Assembly: GCA_965223615.1 (NCBI GenBank)
Contig: CBDCXB010000002.1
Location: 114,267 to 178,266 of the forward strand
Direction: 5' to 3'
DNA from: Nitrospirales bacterium
Lineage (GTDB): Bacteria > Nitrospirota > Nitrospiria > Nitrospirales > UBA8639
Length of the DNA: 64,000 nt
Shown here: positions 38,756-48,808 of the stretch, in pieces
Position numbering within the stretch: position 1 is the stretch's first letter
How the letters are laid out: each line of letters opens with the position of its first letter
Translations under genes and position numbers: made by a program
Notes under the pieces: model-generated
The model's database searches: none
What the model saw: the letters and a program-made list of their open reading frames with translations, nothing else
What the model was told of the DNA's origin: nothing

Positions 38756-39042
38756 TGTCCACTATTCTCAAACGGCTGAATGATGCCCAATTGGTCAAAG
38801 TCCTGAAGAAGTTGAGCAACTTGATAATAAATTTCGTCATTAACTTGCAGGTTTAGTTTTTGGGCAAGTTTTTTCGCCACAGTCACAGAGGTAGCAGGTT
38901 CATCCTGTAAAACTTCTAGGATAAGGGCGGCGGTAGAATTAAGGAGATGAGTATTGCCGGAGAGAAAGTTGTAGACAACCGTGTGGTCACCCCAATTTTT
39001 CCAGTAGAGTTCAAGGACTTTCCAACGAATGGTCCCTGGCAA
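38752..39042 (-). CDS. PqqD-family (RRE) peptide chaperone of the HPr-rel-A system
   Basis: WGDHTVVYNFLSGNTHLLN...FDQLGII; 96 aa; overlaps the kinase start. Confidence 0.85.
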   Translation of the reverse strand: MPGTIRWKVLELYWKNWGDHTVVYNFLSGNTHLLNSTAALILEVLQDEPATSVTVAKKLAQKLNLQVNDEIYYQVAQLLQDFDQLGIIQPFENSGQ

Positions 39043-39074
39043 AAATTCTCCTAAAAAATTATAAATTCCTGGAA

Positions 39075-39407
39075 TTAATAGGGTGTGGAATTACCACATT
39101 CTTCTTGATATTTTTCGTAATTTTGCTCCACCCAACCTTGGACTCTATCATGGTCGACCTCTGGATGTAGCGAGGTTCCATTCATAATCGAGGTTGCCAC
39201 AGAACATCCAATATTATTCCTCGCAAAAGCAGACTTACTGAAAAGGGAAAAAACCACAGGGGTGGTAGCTAATCCTACCAGCAGAACCTTACGGCGAGAA
39301 AGGCCGGGCTTTTCAGAATCGCCCAGTTCCTGGGGAAAACCCGTAGGGCCCTCAGGTTTCTGCTCTGGCTCTGGTTTGTCCAAGGCTTCCTTTTCCATAC
39401 GGTACAC
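39075..39407 (-). CDS. Small twin-arginine-like exported peptide; candidate precursor/substrate
   Basis: SRRKVL, hydrophobic region, AFA, then a CSVATSIMNGTSLHP core; first gene of the PqqD-kinase-NTase run. Confidence 0.75.
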   Translation of the reverse strand: MYRMEKEALDKPEPEQKPEGPTGFPQELGDSEKPGLSRRKVLLVGLATTPVVFSLFSKSAFARNNIGCSVATSIMNGTSLHPEVDHDRVQGWVEQNYEKYQEECGNSTPY

Positions 39408-40221
39408 TATATGGGATCATTGGAGGAATATCAAGGAAATGTATAAAAAAAACTTTGGAAATGCCATTTGTAAATAATTGTAAATAATGAAGAAATTGTT
39501 TGTTTTGATTTTTGTTCCTCCAAATTGATGTGTTTTTTATAGGGTTAAAATGAGAATAAAAATAGGAAGAATTATACGTATAGTCCCCCTGTGAACAAGC
39601 CTGTGCATAAAATAAAAAATTCGCCGTCACGGTTTTGAGAAAAAAAGGCAAAAAAAATGGAACAGGGCATACCACAAGTTTTCCCCATACCCTTAATAGG
39701 GACAAATGCACATATTAGAAAGTATTTCGGATACGCATGAGATCGTGCTTTTCCAGATTCATAAGATTTTTGATGGGGTTCAACTCATTTTTCAAGGAGC
39801 CAACATTTGGATCCTTGGGGTGTTGGGAGGGGGCACGGACCATTGCCCCTGTGATGGCAGTCAGGGAGTATAAGGATTTTGCGCCACGGTAAAGGTATCC
39901 CTCATGACTGTATGGTGAGGAATGGAACGCATCGCTTTTACGGGGCACATAAAATGGAGGGGCAATCTGACTCCCTATAAAAGAATTTTTCAGCGGGGCT
40001 TCGTCGTTTTTCCTTATCCTTACTATAGGCCTTTTATATTATGTTGAAAGAGGGGAACTCAGAGGGGAAATCGTCAGGATTCCATCGAGGCATAAAATAA
40101 GTAGGCCTGACTTCGGGATAAGGGTATCCGTCATTGGTTCAACAGTTCTCCTAATTAAGGAAAACCACCCTTAGTTCCTACGTGAACGAAATGGGAAGGA
40201 GAGGAAGGAATATGGGCGTTG

Positions 40222-40422
40222 TTAGGCCTCAAGATATAATCGGAGGGTATTTTCTTGCCCAAGAGTGACATGTCCGACTTTACATTCCCCGCTCATTGAG
40301 CAGGTACGTTTTATGGCAAGTACGACAGCAGGACTTTCATCAGAGCGATAAATGACATCTTCGATTCGAATTTCTACAGCTTTTTCTTGATCCTCTTGAT
40401 CTAAATATTCCGAGTCATACAT
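40222..40422 (-). CDS. Small hypothetical protein
   Basis: AGGAGG RBS before MYDSEYLDQEDQ; ~66 aa. Confidence 0.65.
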   Translation of the reverse strand: MYDSEYLDQEDQEKAVEIRIEDVIYRSDESPAVVLAIKRTCSMSGECKVGHVTLGQENTLRLYLEA

Positions 40423-40680
40423 GAATGCATTCCTCCTACGAAAATTGCCAATCCTTCCATCTTCAGTGAAGATAACCAAGAATTGTGCCAGGGCTGTATT
40501 TGAAATTTAGCGCGAAAAGCCCACAAATTGAGGGAGCTTTCCCTTTCCCGTTTCAAATCACCCGGCAAGGAATTCCTAGATAGGAAAAAATGAAAGAGAG
40601 CGCGTGTGCGGGTCGGTGGAACTCGAACAACCGTCCTGGAGGGAAACCCTCCCTTTAAACCAAACTATTTAAGGGAAATC

Positions 40681-43600
40681 TTACCCGGAGGAGGGAAGAG
40701 CATTCTTGGGTGAATTAAAAAGAAGCGGCAGCTCAGGAAGGGCGGGGAGGATGATCGGTAGAAGAGAGATTAGGGTAATAAAGGAATTCTTGAATTCTTG
40801 TTGAGTCACGAATAAAAAGATCAAAATAATGGCGAAGATGAGTAAAAAGGGGAGTCGCAAATTTGCCCAAGTTTCTTCGTTAGCCCGATCTTTCCACTTT
40901 AATATATTGGATTCATTCCCGATTTGAAGGATAAATCGTCTAAAGCTCCCATTCATGATTTGGAGGTCAGGAGTAACCCGCACCAAACCATTTTGGGTTA
41001 AGGAGGCCAATTCAGGATTATTGGCATGGAGATATCCATCTTGAGCGATATGAAATAACGCGAGTTGTTCCTGAACGGAGCATGAATGCCAAAGTGAACG
41101 ATAATAGGGCGATGCGACAAACTGGAACTGCTGTTGGAGTTCCTGGGGTGCCAACATGGGCCATTCATGGAGTGCAAAAATCCAATTGCCGATTTTTCTT
41201 AATTGGGAAGTGGGCTGAGCCTCAGATTTGAGGAGGGATTTAACCTTCAAGGGTTGCCCTTGATCTTTGGATATCTCATGAACTGCGGTCGGCTCTAACC
41301 ATATTCTAAGGATGTCCATGGATTTTCTTGGCAAAAAGTACATCATACCGAATGATTGAAACAGGTGAACCCACGGGTCCTTTGAAACCTCTTGGGAATG
41401 ACCGGGTGGATGCTTCCCGGTTTCAACATGGCCGGAAAAGGGATCATGCGAGGTGACAATGCACAGTTTGTGTCCCCGTGAAAGCAGCTCTCCGATGAAA
41501 TAGCGCTTTTCCTCATCGGTTTGGGGCAGGCCGAGTTGAAACTCAAAATGATCGAGGACCACACCCCCTTTATTTCCTTGTATGGTCTTCAACCCCGACT
41601 CCGCCCAGTGTTCCTTCCCCTTGATCGAATGAAAATCAAATATTTCGAAGCTCTGGGGTAGTAGATGGATTGCTTCAGTTTTTCCTGTTCCTGGGGCTCC
41701 AAAGAGTAGGAGATGTCTGAGGGATTCCTCAGAACGTCCCTGATCATGTTGAAGCCATTCGTGACTACGAAAATGAAAAGAGGGGAGTGGAAAAACTTTG
41801 GCAACCATAAAATGCAGCAACAAATATCCGAACAAGAGAAACATCACACCTAACAGGATGAGGGCACCTGCCAGAGGGCCAAGGCTCCATGGAAAGAGTT
41901 GGAGCGCCCCTCGAAGCCATAGGGTTCCGAACGTTTCACCCTTGTCGTCAAGGCTTGCGACAAAAGGTTTGATGGGCAAATAAAGAGTTTGTTTGTCCTT
42001 CGAAATGGTCTTGAACCAGTGGTTTTGAGACGTGGAGGGAGAGAGGTCCAAGAACCCCCAACTTTGTTGAACGGTTGAACTGTGAAGAGAGCTTTTCCGA
42101 ATTACTCGATGAAAGGCTCGCAACCAACGTGGAGAGGACGGTGCTGGATCTTGTGTGATGCCTGAATTGAAAGAGAGGCAGATGGGAAAGGCAAAGTCAG
42201 GATATAAATTTTGTAAGGAATAGGGAAAATACGATTCAGAAAAAGAAGCAGTACGGGAAACACCACAGGAGGGAGAACCGGGGAGAGGGAGGGAGGAAGA
42301 ATTCGTCGTACACCCTGGGAACAGACAGGGTCTCTGGGATGACATATAGTGAAAATCCTTTGGGGTGGTTCCCGTTCCTAAAGCCTCCCAGGGAGCTGTG
42401 GTGTGGTGTTGAAGGATCTCAGACATTCCCCATAATTGCTGTTGAACGAACATTCGCATTTCCTCATCATGACCTAACTTGAACATGATGATGGCTGGAA
42501 AAACCCCAAGGAGAAAAAAGGATGCCACCGCAAAACGGGAAAAGGCACGATATAACGATCGTGAATCCCCCAGGATCCATGAGGGATCTGGGGATTCCTG
42601 AATATTCTCGGGTAAGGGACAGGCTTTTTTCCAGAGAGTTCTCATGGCCACCCAGAGGCCGATAAAAGGTACGGCCAAAAAGGCAATCGTAAATTGTTGG
42701 CTGATTCCCCAATTCCAGTCTAAGGCGATGATGGCAAAGAGAAAAATAAGGCCCAGCACTACCTGGAAAAGGGAAAGCCAGTTATAGGCCGAATGCGCTG
42801 CCTGCCTCGGCCAAAGCCAACGAATAAGGCGGCCTTGTGCATCGAACTGATACAAGGCGGCAAGTAACCTTCCCCAAAGCAAAAGTGAGAGAATATATAA
42901 GGAAAATAAGCAGGTAGAAAAAATAAGGATTTCGAAATTAATGGCGCGTAGAGGTTCTTTGTTCCGGAACATCACAAGAGTCCAGGGGAGATCACTGATG
43001 GGCTTGACGAAAAAATAATGACCCATTCCCCAGTAGTTTCCATCTATCAGGCCTGAAGTTCGAGAATAAATGAGGGATGTGAGTTCACCATGGTTGTCGG
43101 TTTCTTCGAGGAAATTTTCTCGAAGCATGCGGTGTTCGTCAGAATGAAAAAGAACCAGACCGGTTTGGTCCTCGATTACGGCATATCCGGCACCAGGTGG
43201 AAGAATAGCCGGTTTGAGAAGAGATAACTCTTCGGTTTGAATCGCTGCAATCCATGGGTTTGATTCTGTCGATTCCGTTTTCAGAGTTTGATGGGGCGTT
43301 GAGATAACCAGGCTCCGTTGGCTGGATTCAAGGGAAATGAGAGGTTGGGCATAAAACTCGACCCATTGCTCATCAATGAGCCGGCGATTGAATGGGCTTG
43401 TCTGCTGATGGAAGGAGGAAACATAGGCCCGCTGTCTTAAGTCATGAACACCACGAACGTAAGGTGAGTGACCACGTGTCCAGGTTTCTCGTAAAAATCC
43501 TTTCGGGTCAACCCAAAACGCCACAGAAAAATCCGGGAAGCATGTCGCAATAATTTGCCCGTCTTTGTCTAAACATGGGTCGGGAATATTGATGCGGGCC

Positions 43601-44946
43601 AACCAGGCTTTTGAGTCAGGGCTTTGGGGAAATTGTTCCAAATCACCGAGGGCATCGATTTTTCGGTCAAACCGGATGAGTTGGGATAATGAACGATCTA
43701 ATTGGAGTTGAAACGCTTCATGGAGCGATTCTCCGGATTGCTGCATTCGCTCATTGAGGGTTTGCGTCATTTGCTTGTAAAAAACGAGGTCGAGAAGGAA
43801 AAAGGTTCCAACGCCGGCAGCCAGAATATTCGTGATGACCAGCATTCCTACACTGAACCGACTTAGCCGTTCACGAGGATGCATCAAAACAAGACTGAAA
43901 AGGGGGAGGCCCAAAATGACACTGATAAGGAGAAAAATGCAGATCAGCAATACGGTGAAGGGAATGGAAAGATATTGTTCTTGAAAATCCGGGGTGGGTA
44001 ATAGACCGCAAATAATCCAGGAATTCGGTAGGTCTTTTGGTGGGTTCCCACTTCCATTGATCTGTGGGATCGAGACGGCCTGCATGAATACGTCAAAGGA
44101 AGTGCCTCCGATCATGACTTGAAAGTGAGCTGGGGTGGAGGCATAGAGGACGTCATGGAAATTTTTCAAATCGAACGGTTTGTGGGCATTGACTCCACCT
44201 TCTCGAAAAAAATCAGCCAACCATCCCGTGTCAATTCGCTGGTTATAAAAAAGGTTTCGTAAATGGGAAAACTGCAGGGTAGAACGATTATTCTGATAGA
44301 CAATATTGCCGGTGGGGTCAGCCAACAAGACATCTTCAAAAACCGATCCTTGTGCCACGTTTTTAATGAGGTGGTTCAAAGCAATAGTGGCACGTATCGT
44401 CGCTTCTTTTCCCGTGGCCGAAAAAGACAGTTCGCCTGCTTTCTGGCCCTGTTGCAGAGAAAAGTGAATGGTTTGAGGCGAGATAGAAGACTGGAGGGAT
44501 GAAGAAGCTTGAGGTTGAATAACCTGGACATGGTCAACAAAAGGCAGTTTCTCTAACTCCTTCTGAATCGTGAGTTGTTTTGGTGGAATCTCCAGAACGA
44601 AAGAATCTGCATACCCCAAAAGGACCTGTCCCTCGGATGCCATGTGTTTGGTGGTGGAGCGAGACCTCACGCGGGTAGAGGGAATTTTTCCACTTTGAAT
44701 CTCTTGTAGACGAAATTGAAAACTCCGTTGGTAATTTTCGAACGTTTCCCGAAGTTCCTTGCTCCATGTGGATAAAACCCGGAAATTTCGTTCCACCAGA
44801 TAGGTGTAGTTTTGAGAGACATAAAAGTAAAACAATGTTCCGAATAAGAACAGGACACTGAACGTGCCGATGGAGAAGACTTTGCCGGTCCCTAACCGTA
44901 ACGTTTTTGAGATTTCTTGGAAGGAAGAATCAGGCATGAACCACAA
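40681..44946 (-). CDS. Large multi-pass membrane protein with two Cache-like extracytoplasmic regions and a cytoplasmic P-loop NTPase-like domain
   Basis: About 9 hydrophobic segments; VLLADPTGNIVY and GYAVIEDQTGLVLFHSD Cache-like strands; GAPGTGKT Walker A and VVLDH Walker-B-like. Confidence 0.75.
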   Translation of the reverse strand: MWFMPDSSFQEISKTLRLGTGKVFSIGTFSVLFLFGTLFYFYVSQNYTYLVERNFRVLSTWSKELRETFENYQRSFQFRLQEIQSGKIPSTRVRSRSTTKHMASEGQVLLGYADSFVLEIPPKQLTIQKELEKLPFVDHVQVIQPQASSSLQSSISPQTIHFSLQQGQKAGELSFSATGKEATIRATIALNHLIKNVAQGSVFEDVLLADPTGNIVYQNNRSTLQFSHLRNLFYNQRIDTGWLADFFREGGVNAHKPFDLKNFHDVLYASTPAHFQVMIGGTSFDVFMQAVSIPQINGSGNPPKDLPNSWIICGLLPTPDFQEQYLSIPFTVLLICIFLLISVILGLPLFSLVLMHPRERLSRFSVGMLVITNILAAGVGTFFLLDLVFYKQMTQTLNERMQQSGESLHEAFQLQLDRSLSQLIRFDRKIDALGDLEQFPQSPDSKAWLARINIPDPCLDKDGQIIATCFPDFSVAFWVDPKGFLRETWTRGHSPYVRGVHDLRQRAYVSSFHQQTSPFNRRLIDEQWVEFYAQPLISLESSQRSLVISTPHQTLKTESTESNPWIAAIQTEELSLLKPAILPPGAGYAVIEDQTGLVLFHSDEHRMLRENFLEETDNHGELTSLIYSRTSGLIDGNYWGMGHYFFVKPISDLPWTLVMFRNKEPLRAINFEILIFSTCLFSLYILSLLLWGRLLAALYQFDAQGRLIRWLWPRQAAHSAYNWLSLFQVVLGLIFLFAIIALDWNWGISQQFTIAFLAVPFIGLWVAMRTLWKKACPLPENIQESPDPSWILGDSRSLYRAFSRFAVASFFLLGVFPAIIMFKLGHDEEMRMFVQQQLWGMSEILQHHTTAPWEALGTGTTPKDFHYMSSQRPCLFPGCTTNSSSLPLPGSPSCGVSRTASFSESYFPYSLQNLYPDFAFPICLSFNSGITQDPAPSSPRWLRAFHRVIRKSSLHSSTVQQSWGFLDLSPSTSQNHWFKTISKDKQTLYLPIKPFVASLDDKGETFGTLWLRGALQLFPWSLGPLAGALILLGVMFLLFGYLLLHFMVAKVFPLPSFHFRSHEWLQHDQGRSEESLRHLLLFGAPGTGKTEAIHLLPQSFEIFDFHSIKGKEHWAESGLKTIQGNKGGVVLDHFEFQLGLPQTDEEKRYFIGELLSRGHKLCIVTSHDPFSGHVETGKHPPGHSQEVSKDPWVHLFQSFGMMYFLPRKSMDILRIWLEPTAVHEISKDQGQPLKVKSLLKSEAQPTSQLRKIGNWIFALHEWPMLAPQELQQQFQFVASPYYRSLWHSCSVQEQLALFHIAQDGYLHANNPELASLTQNGLVRVTPDLQIMNGSFRRFILQIGNESNILKWKDRANEETWANLRLPFLLIFAIILIFLFVTQQEFKNSFITLISLLPIILPALPELPLLFNSPKNALPSSG

Positions 44947-45155
44947 GAAAGAATCAGGAGGCCGAGAGAGAGTTTCCGAAAAAAATGATGATTGGAAAAG
45001 GTTTCACGAACGCGGCGCCAGAGCTCATTGTTCGTCGAAAACTCATTCAACAGAAAGATTATCGAGTCATGTTCTGTTAGCATAGCATGGTTGGGAGAAA
45101 ATCAAAATGCATAGGTGGTGGCCTGCTAATTGAGTGGAACGGAAGAGGGTGCCGT

Positions 45156-45956
45156 TCAAGTCAAAGCAGACTTAAACGAACGGGCGGTATGTTCCAGTGA
45201 ATCTAAAAAATGGGGATCCGAATGACGGTCTTTTACCAGACGAACCAGAGCGCTACCGATTATCACTCCGTCGGCAAATGCTGCAACTGCGCGGGCTTGG
45301 TCAGGGGTAGCAATCCCAAACCCAACGGCAACTGGATGACGTGACACTCGTTGGAGCGCGGTGACATTTTGTTGGACCTGACTCATATCTGCCAGTTGGG
45401 CGCCGGTAATCCCCGTGAGGGATACATAATAAATAAACCCATGGGTCCGTTGGATGATGGCCCGACGGCGCTTTGGGGTACTGGTTGGTGCTAACAAAAA
45501 AATGACGGTGGGCCCGTCACAGGTCATAGTCGTCTGGTACAGCGTTTCTGCTTCTTCAGGCGGAAGATCAGGAACGATCAAGCCATCGACCCCTGCCTCA
45601 ACCGCTTCTGCACAAAAAGCGGAAATTCCCATTGCCATGAGGCTGTTATAGTAGGCCATGAGGACCAGGGGAATCTGGGATTGTTTTCGAATCGAACGAA
45701 CCATGAAGAGAATATCCTGCAGGGAAGTTCCTGAATTCAAGGCTCGTTCGGCTGCCTGTTGGATGACTGGACCATCGGCAATCGGATCAGAAAACGGGAC
45801 ACCTAATTCAATGATATCGGCTCCCCCTCTTTCCAGTGCCAATACAAAAGATTCTGTCAAGGATAAGGACGGGTCTCCGGCCATGATATAGGGAATCAAG
45901 GCCTTTTCTCCCTTACCCTTCAACGCTTCGAATGTCAGCTGAATACGATTGCTCAC
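45156..45956 (-). CDS. trpA: Tryptophan synthase alpha chain
   Basis: ELGVPFSDPIADGPVIQ, SLTGITG and GFGI motifs. Confidence 0.97.
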   Translation of the reverse strand: MSNRIQLTFEALKGKGEKALIPYIMAGDPSLSLTESFVLALERGGADIIELGVPFSDPIADGPVIQQAAERALNSGTSLQDILFMVRSIRKQSQIPLVLMAYYNSLMAMGISAFCAEAVEAGVDGLIVPDLPPEEAETLYQTTMTCDGPTVIFLLAPTSTPKRRRAIIQRTHGFIYYVSLTGITGAQLADMSQVQQNVTALQRVSRHPVAVGFGIATPDQARAVAAFADGVIIGSALVRLVKDRHSDPHFLDSLEHTARSFKSALT

Positions 45957-46031
45957 CTGTTTTGCCTATCAAGAGATTGGATGCCTGTCCTGATACCTTT
46001 AAACCTAGCGATTGGAAGTGGGGAAGTTTCT

Positions 46032-47225
46032 CTAAAGAGGGATTCCTCGCATTCGGGCGATTTGTTGAACATCTTTGTCTCCACGTCCTGACAAATTCAT
46101 CAGAAGGATCTGATTTTTCTTCATTGTTGGTGCGAGTTTGATCACTTCTGCTACGGCATGTGCACTTTCCAGAGCAGGAATGATCCCTTCTTCCTGACTC
46201 AATAAATCAAAAGCGGCCAAGGCTTCATCGTCGGTGGCGGAGGTATACTGTATGCGGCCGGTATCATGGTAGTAGCTATGTTCCGGACCGACCGCCGGAT
46301 AGTCCAGTCCCGCGGAGACTGAATGGGTGGGGTTCACCTGTCCGTCTTGGTCTTGAAGGAGGTAGGTCATGGTTCCATGAAGCACTCCCGGTTTGCCTTC
46401 GGAAAAACGAGCGGCATGTTTTCCTGATTCGATCCCGACTCCTCCGGCCTCTACCCCAACCATTTTCACCCGTGAGTCCTTCACAAAAGGATAAAACAGG
46501 CCCATGCTATTACTCCCTCCCCCAACACAAGCGACCAGACAATGGGGAAGACGACCCTCGACCGATAACATCTGCCGCCGAGCTTCGCGGCCGATGACGG
46601 ATTGAAAATCACGAATCATCATCGGGTAGGGATGGGCGCCTAAGACGGATCCCAAGAGATAATGCGTGGTTCGGACGTTTGTGGTCCAATCACGCATGGC
46701 CTCACTGATCGCATCCTTCAGCGTTCGGCTCCCGGCATCCACTCCGGTAACTTTGGATCCCAGGAGGCGCATCCGAAACACATTTAACGCCTGGCGTTCC
46801 ATATCTTCCGTGCCCATGTAAATTTCTGCGTCCAACCCGAACATGGCTGCGACAGTCGCCACGGCGACTCCATGCTGACCGGCACCGGTTTCAGCGATCA
46901 CACGTTTTTTCTTCATACGCCGGGTTAGCAGGGCTTGTCCGACGGTATTGTTAATTTTATGAGCGCCAGTATGGCAGAGATCTTCTCGCTTGAGGTAGAT
47001 TTTGGCTCCCCCCAGCGTTTTGGTGAGGCGTTCGGCAAAGTAGAGAGGGGTCGGACGGCCGACGAATGTTTTCAGGCAGGCTTGAAAGTCTTTTTGAAAC
47101 GACTTGTTCTTTTTGGCCCGAAGGTATTCTTTCTCCAGTTCCTGGATCGCGGGCATGAGGGTTTCCGGAACATACATTCCTCCGAATTCTCCGAATCGCC
47201 CAGCCGTGTTTGGAATGGTGGCCAT
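46032..47225 (-). CDS. trpB: Tryptophan synthase beta chain
   Basis: [24 protein letters not shown] and SGRGDKD motifs. Confidence 0.98.
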   Translation of the reverse strand: MATIPNTAGRFGEFGGMYVPETLMPAIQELEKEYLRAKKNKSFQKDFQACLKTFVGRPTPLYFAERLTKTLGGAKIYLKREDLCHTGAHKINNTVGQALLTRRMKKKRVIAETGAGQHGVAVATVAAMFGLDAEIYMGTEDMERQALNVFRMRLLGSKVTGVDAGSRTLKDAISEAMRDWTTNVRTTHYLLGSVLGAHPYPMMIRDFQSVIGREARRQMLSVEGRLPHCLVACVGGGSNSMGLFYPFVKDSRVKMVGVEAGGVGIESGKHAARFSEGKPGVLHGTMTYLLQDQDGQVNPTHSVSAGLDYPAVGPEHSYYHDTGRIQYTSATDDEALAAFDLLSQEEGIIPALESAHAVAEVIKLAPTMKKNQILLMNLSGRGDKDVQQIARMRGIPL

Positions 47226-47282
47226 GACAAATTTCTCTGACTCAAAAAAAAGCCAAAAGGGGAGAGTATAGCGAGGGCCTCG

Positions 47283-47912
47283 TCAACACACAAGGCGAAC
47301 GGCTTGAATAAAGGCACGAATTTTTTCATGATCTTTCTTGCCCGGTTTGGATTCCACCCCACTACTGACATCCACCCCATAGGGGGTGACCTGTTGGATG
47401 GCCTCAGCAACATTGTGAGGAGTCAAACCTCCGGCGAGGAGAATCGGGGCCGCCTGAGCTGCCTCATGTGCCAAACTCCAATCGGTGGTCTGACCCGTTC
47501 CCCCATAGGCCTCCTCCGAAAAGGCATCAACCACAAAACCTCGTACCCCTATTCGTCCTTTATACTCGGCCAAGGCGAGAAAACTTCCACGATCGCGTAA
47601 TCGTACGGCTCGTAAGACCGGGCGGTGGACCGATTCACAGAATTCGGGGGATTCATCTCCATGGAGCTGGGCAAGAGCGAGCCCACAAGTATCAAAAATT
47701 TCTCGTACCCCTTCCAGAGATTCGTTCACAAACACTCCAACGGGGAGAATAAATGGCGGGAGGTGACGGATAATACTTTTCGCGATTGCTGATTGAACAT
47801 ACCGGGGACTTTTCTGGTAAAAAATGAATCCAATGGCATCGGCCCCGGCCTCCACCGCAACCTGGGCATCTTCCAGATTCGTAATACCACAAATTTTTAT
47901 CTTTGGCGTCAT
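47283..47912 (-). CDS. trpF: Phosphoribosylanthranilate isomerase
   Basis: IKICGIT, QLHGDE, LAGGL and DVSSGVE motifs. Confidence 0.96.
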   Translation of the reverse strand: MTPKIKICGITNLEDAQVAVEAGADAIGFIFYQKSPRYVQSAIAKSIIRHLPPFILPVGVFVNESLEGVREIFDTCGLALAQLHGDESPEFCESVHRPVLRAVRLRDRGSFLALAEYKGRIGVRGFVVDAFSEEAYGGTGQTTDWSLAHEAAQAAPILLAGGLTPHNVAEAIQQVTPYGVDVSSGVESKPGKKDHEKIRAFIQAVRLVC

Positions 47913-47959
47913 CGTATCTTCAAGAGATGGACGGGCAAATAACAAAAATAGAAAAGGCC

Positions 47960-48808
47960 TTAGACCCATTTAGGTCTAGGAAAATCTTCTTGGTTATCTG
48001 AGGAATGGATAGCGAATAAATCCTCTATTTTTTTCTCGATCGAATCTGCCCGTAGCAGGGATTCACCGATCAACATGGCTTTCGCTCCAGCCTCCATGAT
48101 TCGAACCACATCTTCCCGTTTATGAATCCCGCTTTCACTCACGATGAGTTTGTCTTGAGGAATTCGTTGGGCCAACCGTTCGGTCACACCCAGGTCGGTG
48201 GAAAAAGTCTTCAAATCACGATTATTGATCCCAATGAGACGGGCCTGAGGGACACGTTCCAGGACCGTATCCAATTCAGCCTCATTATGGGTCTCAATCA
48301 GGATATCTAAGCCGAGCTCTGTGGCTAAGGCATAAAAATCGACGAGCTGTACCCGATCCAACCCGGCCATGATTAAAAGGACGCAATCGGCGCCAAATGC
48401 TCGGGCTTCATAAAATTGAATGTCGTCAACCATAAATTCTTTATTCAAGGACGGTAGGTGAATCTCTTCTTTGACTCGGGCTAAATATTCCAGAGATCCC
48501 TGAAAGAAATCTTGATCGGTTAAGACCGAAAGGGCCGAAGCCCCATGATCTCGATAGGTCCTTGCGATGGTTACTGGATCGAAGGCGTTCTGATACTCCG
48601 GTCTCATGAGCCCTTGGCTCGGTGAAGCTTTTTTCACCTCAGCGATCAACGCCGGAGCTTTGGCTTTTGCCTGCGATTCCAGGGTGTGGATAAATTGTAG
48701 GGGTTCCGAACGATTGGCAATGCGGGCTCTCATCTCATTGAGGTATCCCCGGCTTTGTTTTCGTCGAATTTCAGCCCGCTTATGTTCAAGAATACGATCG
48801 AGAATCAT
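47960..48808 (-). CDS. trpC: Indole-3-glycerol phosphate synthase
   Basis: IAEVKKASPS, LSVLTD, GINNRDL and VSESGI motifs. Confidence 0.96.
   Translation of the reverse strand: MILDRILEHKRAEIRRKQSRGYLNEMRARIANRSEPLQFIHTLESQAKAKAPALIAEVKKASPSQGLMRPEYQNAFDPVTIARTYRDHGASALSVLTDQDFFQGSLEYLARVKEEIHLPSLNKEFMVDDIQFYEARAFGADCVLLIMAGLDRVQLVDFYALATELGLDILIETHNEAELDTVLERVPQARLIGINNRDLKTFSTDLGVTERLAQRIPQDKLIVSESGIHKREDVVRIMEAGAKAMLIGESLLRADSIEKKIEDLFAIHSSDNQEDFPRPKWV

Noticed and set aside
11378-39407. Lasso peptide cluster (AsnB-like cyclase + PqqD + kinase + nucleotidyltransferase)
   Set aside because: asnB is ~23 kb away and has an intact MCGI glutaminase domain; no B2 transglutaminase-like protease and no lasso-type precursor near the kinase.
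39408-40221. ncRNA in the AT-rich intergenic region upstream of the kinase operon
   Set aside because: No convincing conserved structure recognised by eye; likely promoter DNA, although an Rfam scan was not possible.
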